DNA of 63,331 nt, filler included, from Chrysochromulina tobinii (lineage: Eukaryota): NCBI GenBank assembly GCA_001275005.1. It is 3 parts of 3 records of this genome, joined end to end, with 100 filler letters (N's around TTAATTAATTAA, not from the genome) between each part and the next. Parts side by side here need not be neighbours in the genome. Positions count along the whole stretch, not along the records: positions 53,840 to 63,331 come from JWZX01001414.1; 2 more parts are not named here. The stretch is one strand, 5' to 3'. Both the position numbers and the translations under genes were made by a program. Each line of letters starts with the position of its first letter. The stretch's first letter is position 1. The notes under the pieces are model-generated. The model saw only the letters and a list, made by a program, of their open reading frames with translations, had not been told where the DNA came from and did not search any database. This document shows, piece after piece, positions 61,795-63,331 of the stretch.

Positions 61795-63004
61795 ATGATG
61801 TATTACCGTTTTGGCCGAATCATCTTCCGACTGTACGAGCACAGGCCCATCACTATGAATGCGATTGTGGGTGGTGCAGTGTATGGGGGCGCTGAGTGTG
61901 TTGCACAGCTGAACTCTTCACCTCACCCGAAGCTCAACTTGCAGCGAGTCGGCCCGATCAGTGCGCTCGGTGCATTTGAAGTTGGCGGGGTGATGCGATT
62001 CTGGTACAGTGCACTCGATCGTCACGTCGGCATGGCTGGCACGACAGGGATCGTGTTGGTCAAGTGCGCACTGGATCAGTTGTTCTTTGCCACGCAGGGC
62101 GACGGGCTCTTCCTTGCGCTCTGTGCGCACTTCGATGCCGAGGACATGCCGAATGCAGTTACCGAAGTAAAGAGGACCTTTCTCACGACCTGGATCAACG
62201 ACTGTGCCGTTTGGCCGCTGGTCAACTTCGTAGGCTTCGCTGCGATGCCGGCTGCGGTGTTGCCGACTTACATGGCTTCCATGCAGCTCCTGTGGCAGCT
62301 GTCCCTCTCCTTCAACTCACAAGGCGCATCGGCGGGCGGCAGCGATGAGGGCCGCACCGCAGGCGGCCGCGAGGGCTCGAGCGAGCTTTCAATCTCGAGC
62401 GAGCTCAATCTCGACCGAAAGCTCGAGGTCCCTGCGGACGATAAGGAGCTCGAGCAGATCTTCAACGACTTTGACAGCGACCGCAGCGGCAACATCGATG
62501 CGGCGGAGCTACGGCTCGCCCTCCCAGCAGCGCGGGATCGTTGCATCCGAGGCCGAGGTCAAGGCGATGATGCGCTTCGGCGATAGCGATGGTGATGGCC
62601 AGGTGAGCCTAGCTGAGTTTAAGCAGGTTGCTCGCTCGCGCAAGAGCAACTCGGAGGGCATATTCTGGAAAGTCGCGATGACGGCGAAGAAGCGCGGATT
62701 GGAGAAGGGCTCCGTCGCCGCACTTTCGCGCCTCAAGGAATATGACCAGGCCAAGGGCGAACGGCTGCAAAGGCGAGGAGGTAGCGTCCTCGAGCCCCAG
62801 GCTGCACACGGCGATGGCATGCTGCACGCGTCGGCTAGCAGCTCCTTCTCAGCTGCGTGGAAAGCGCTGACCACACCCTATCCAGAGAGCCTCAAGGACG
62901 AAGCCTGGCGCCGCGAGCGCTCCGAGGCACAACGCAACTGCGCTGTGGGCCAGGGCTTGCTTGCAGGGGGTGTCATCATCCGCCTGGTGATATTCAAGAT
63001 GTAG
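61795..63004 (+). CDS. Mpv17/PMP22 family protein fused to two EF-hands (frameshift near 62523)
   Basis: RFWYSALD, KCALDQLFF, VWPLVNFVGF. EF-hands DSDRSGNIDAAEL and DSDGDGQVSLAEF lie in different frames and join if one C is removed from ctcccag. Confidence 0.75.
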
Positions 63005-63331
63005 TCGCAGGTGTCGTACGCCTGTCGTGTAGCCCGGTCGGATGGTCCTCAAGATCGCAGCGTTCCTTATGGCCAATATGGCCAAGTGGCCTTCTTTTCA
63101 CAGATGTTTCCAGGATTACGAGGTGATGGTGTGACGAAATAGAGCGCGGGGGGGGGCGGACGAAACTGACATACAGAACGGCGATTGAGGCCGAAACGAC
63201 AACGTTTCAAATAGCAAGGTGTTCCACAAACAACACATTCACAAGGCGAAGGGTCTTTTCTGCATCGTCGATGACGGTGTGTGAAGAACACCGTCATCGA
63301 CGCGTTTTGTCGATGACGGTCTTCACTCAAG

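Overview
GC-rich, gene-dense eukaryotic DNA, most likely a haptophyte alga such as Chrysochromulina (inference from gene content, GC-AG introns and compact intergenic spacing). Two artificial N/TTAATTAATTAA/N spacers (28130-28229, 53740-53839) join three pieces, so synteny across them is not evidence. About 28 protein-coding genes are supported, including a syntaxin, a 2OG-Fe(II) oxygenase-TPR protein, a kinase-PARP fusion, two tandem HET-like paralogues, a multi-exon kinesin, two DMT transporters, a pseudo-MAPK phosphatase, an OGT-like GT41 and a MUS81-like N-terminus. The main signal is in the introns. Twelve introns in six unrelated genes share a recipe, although not every intron has every part: (i) a ~9-34 bp copy of the flanking exon or junction sequence, (ii) a tandem ~10-bp unit (consensus ~YGATKGCCTC) always on the gene's sense strand, and (iii) a shared ~19-nt 3' end (YGATKGCCTCCCTCRTCAG). 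Removing them restores conserved protein motifs or continuous frames. This looks like an intron-generating, introner-like system with long variable target duplications and reiterated junctions. A dispersed CCGGCTCCCCC-GGTGTCTTTT motif forming a MITE-like element and a candidate NAD+/kinase immune-type block (6676-17898) are also present. All calls come from reading the sequence; no searches were run.
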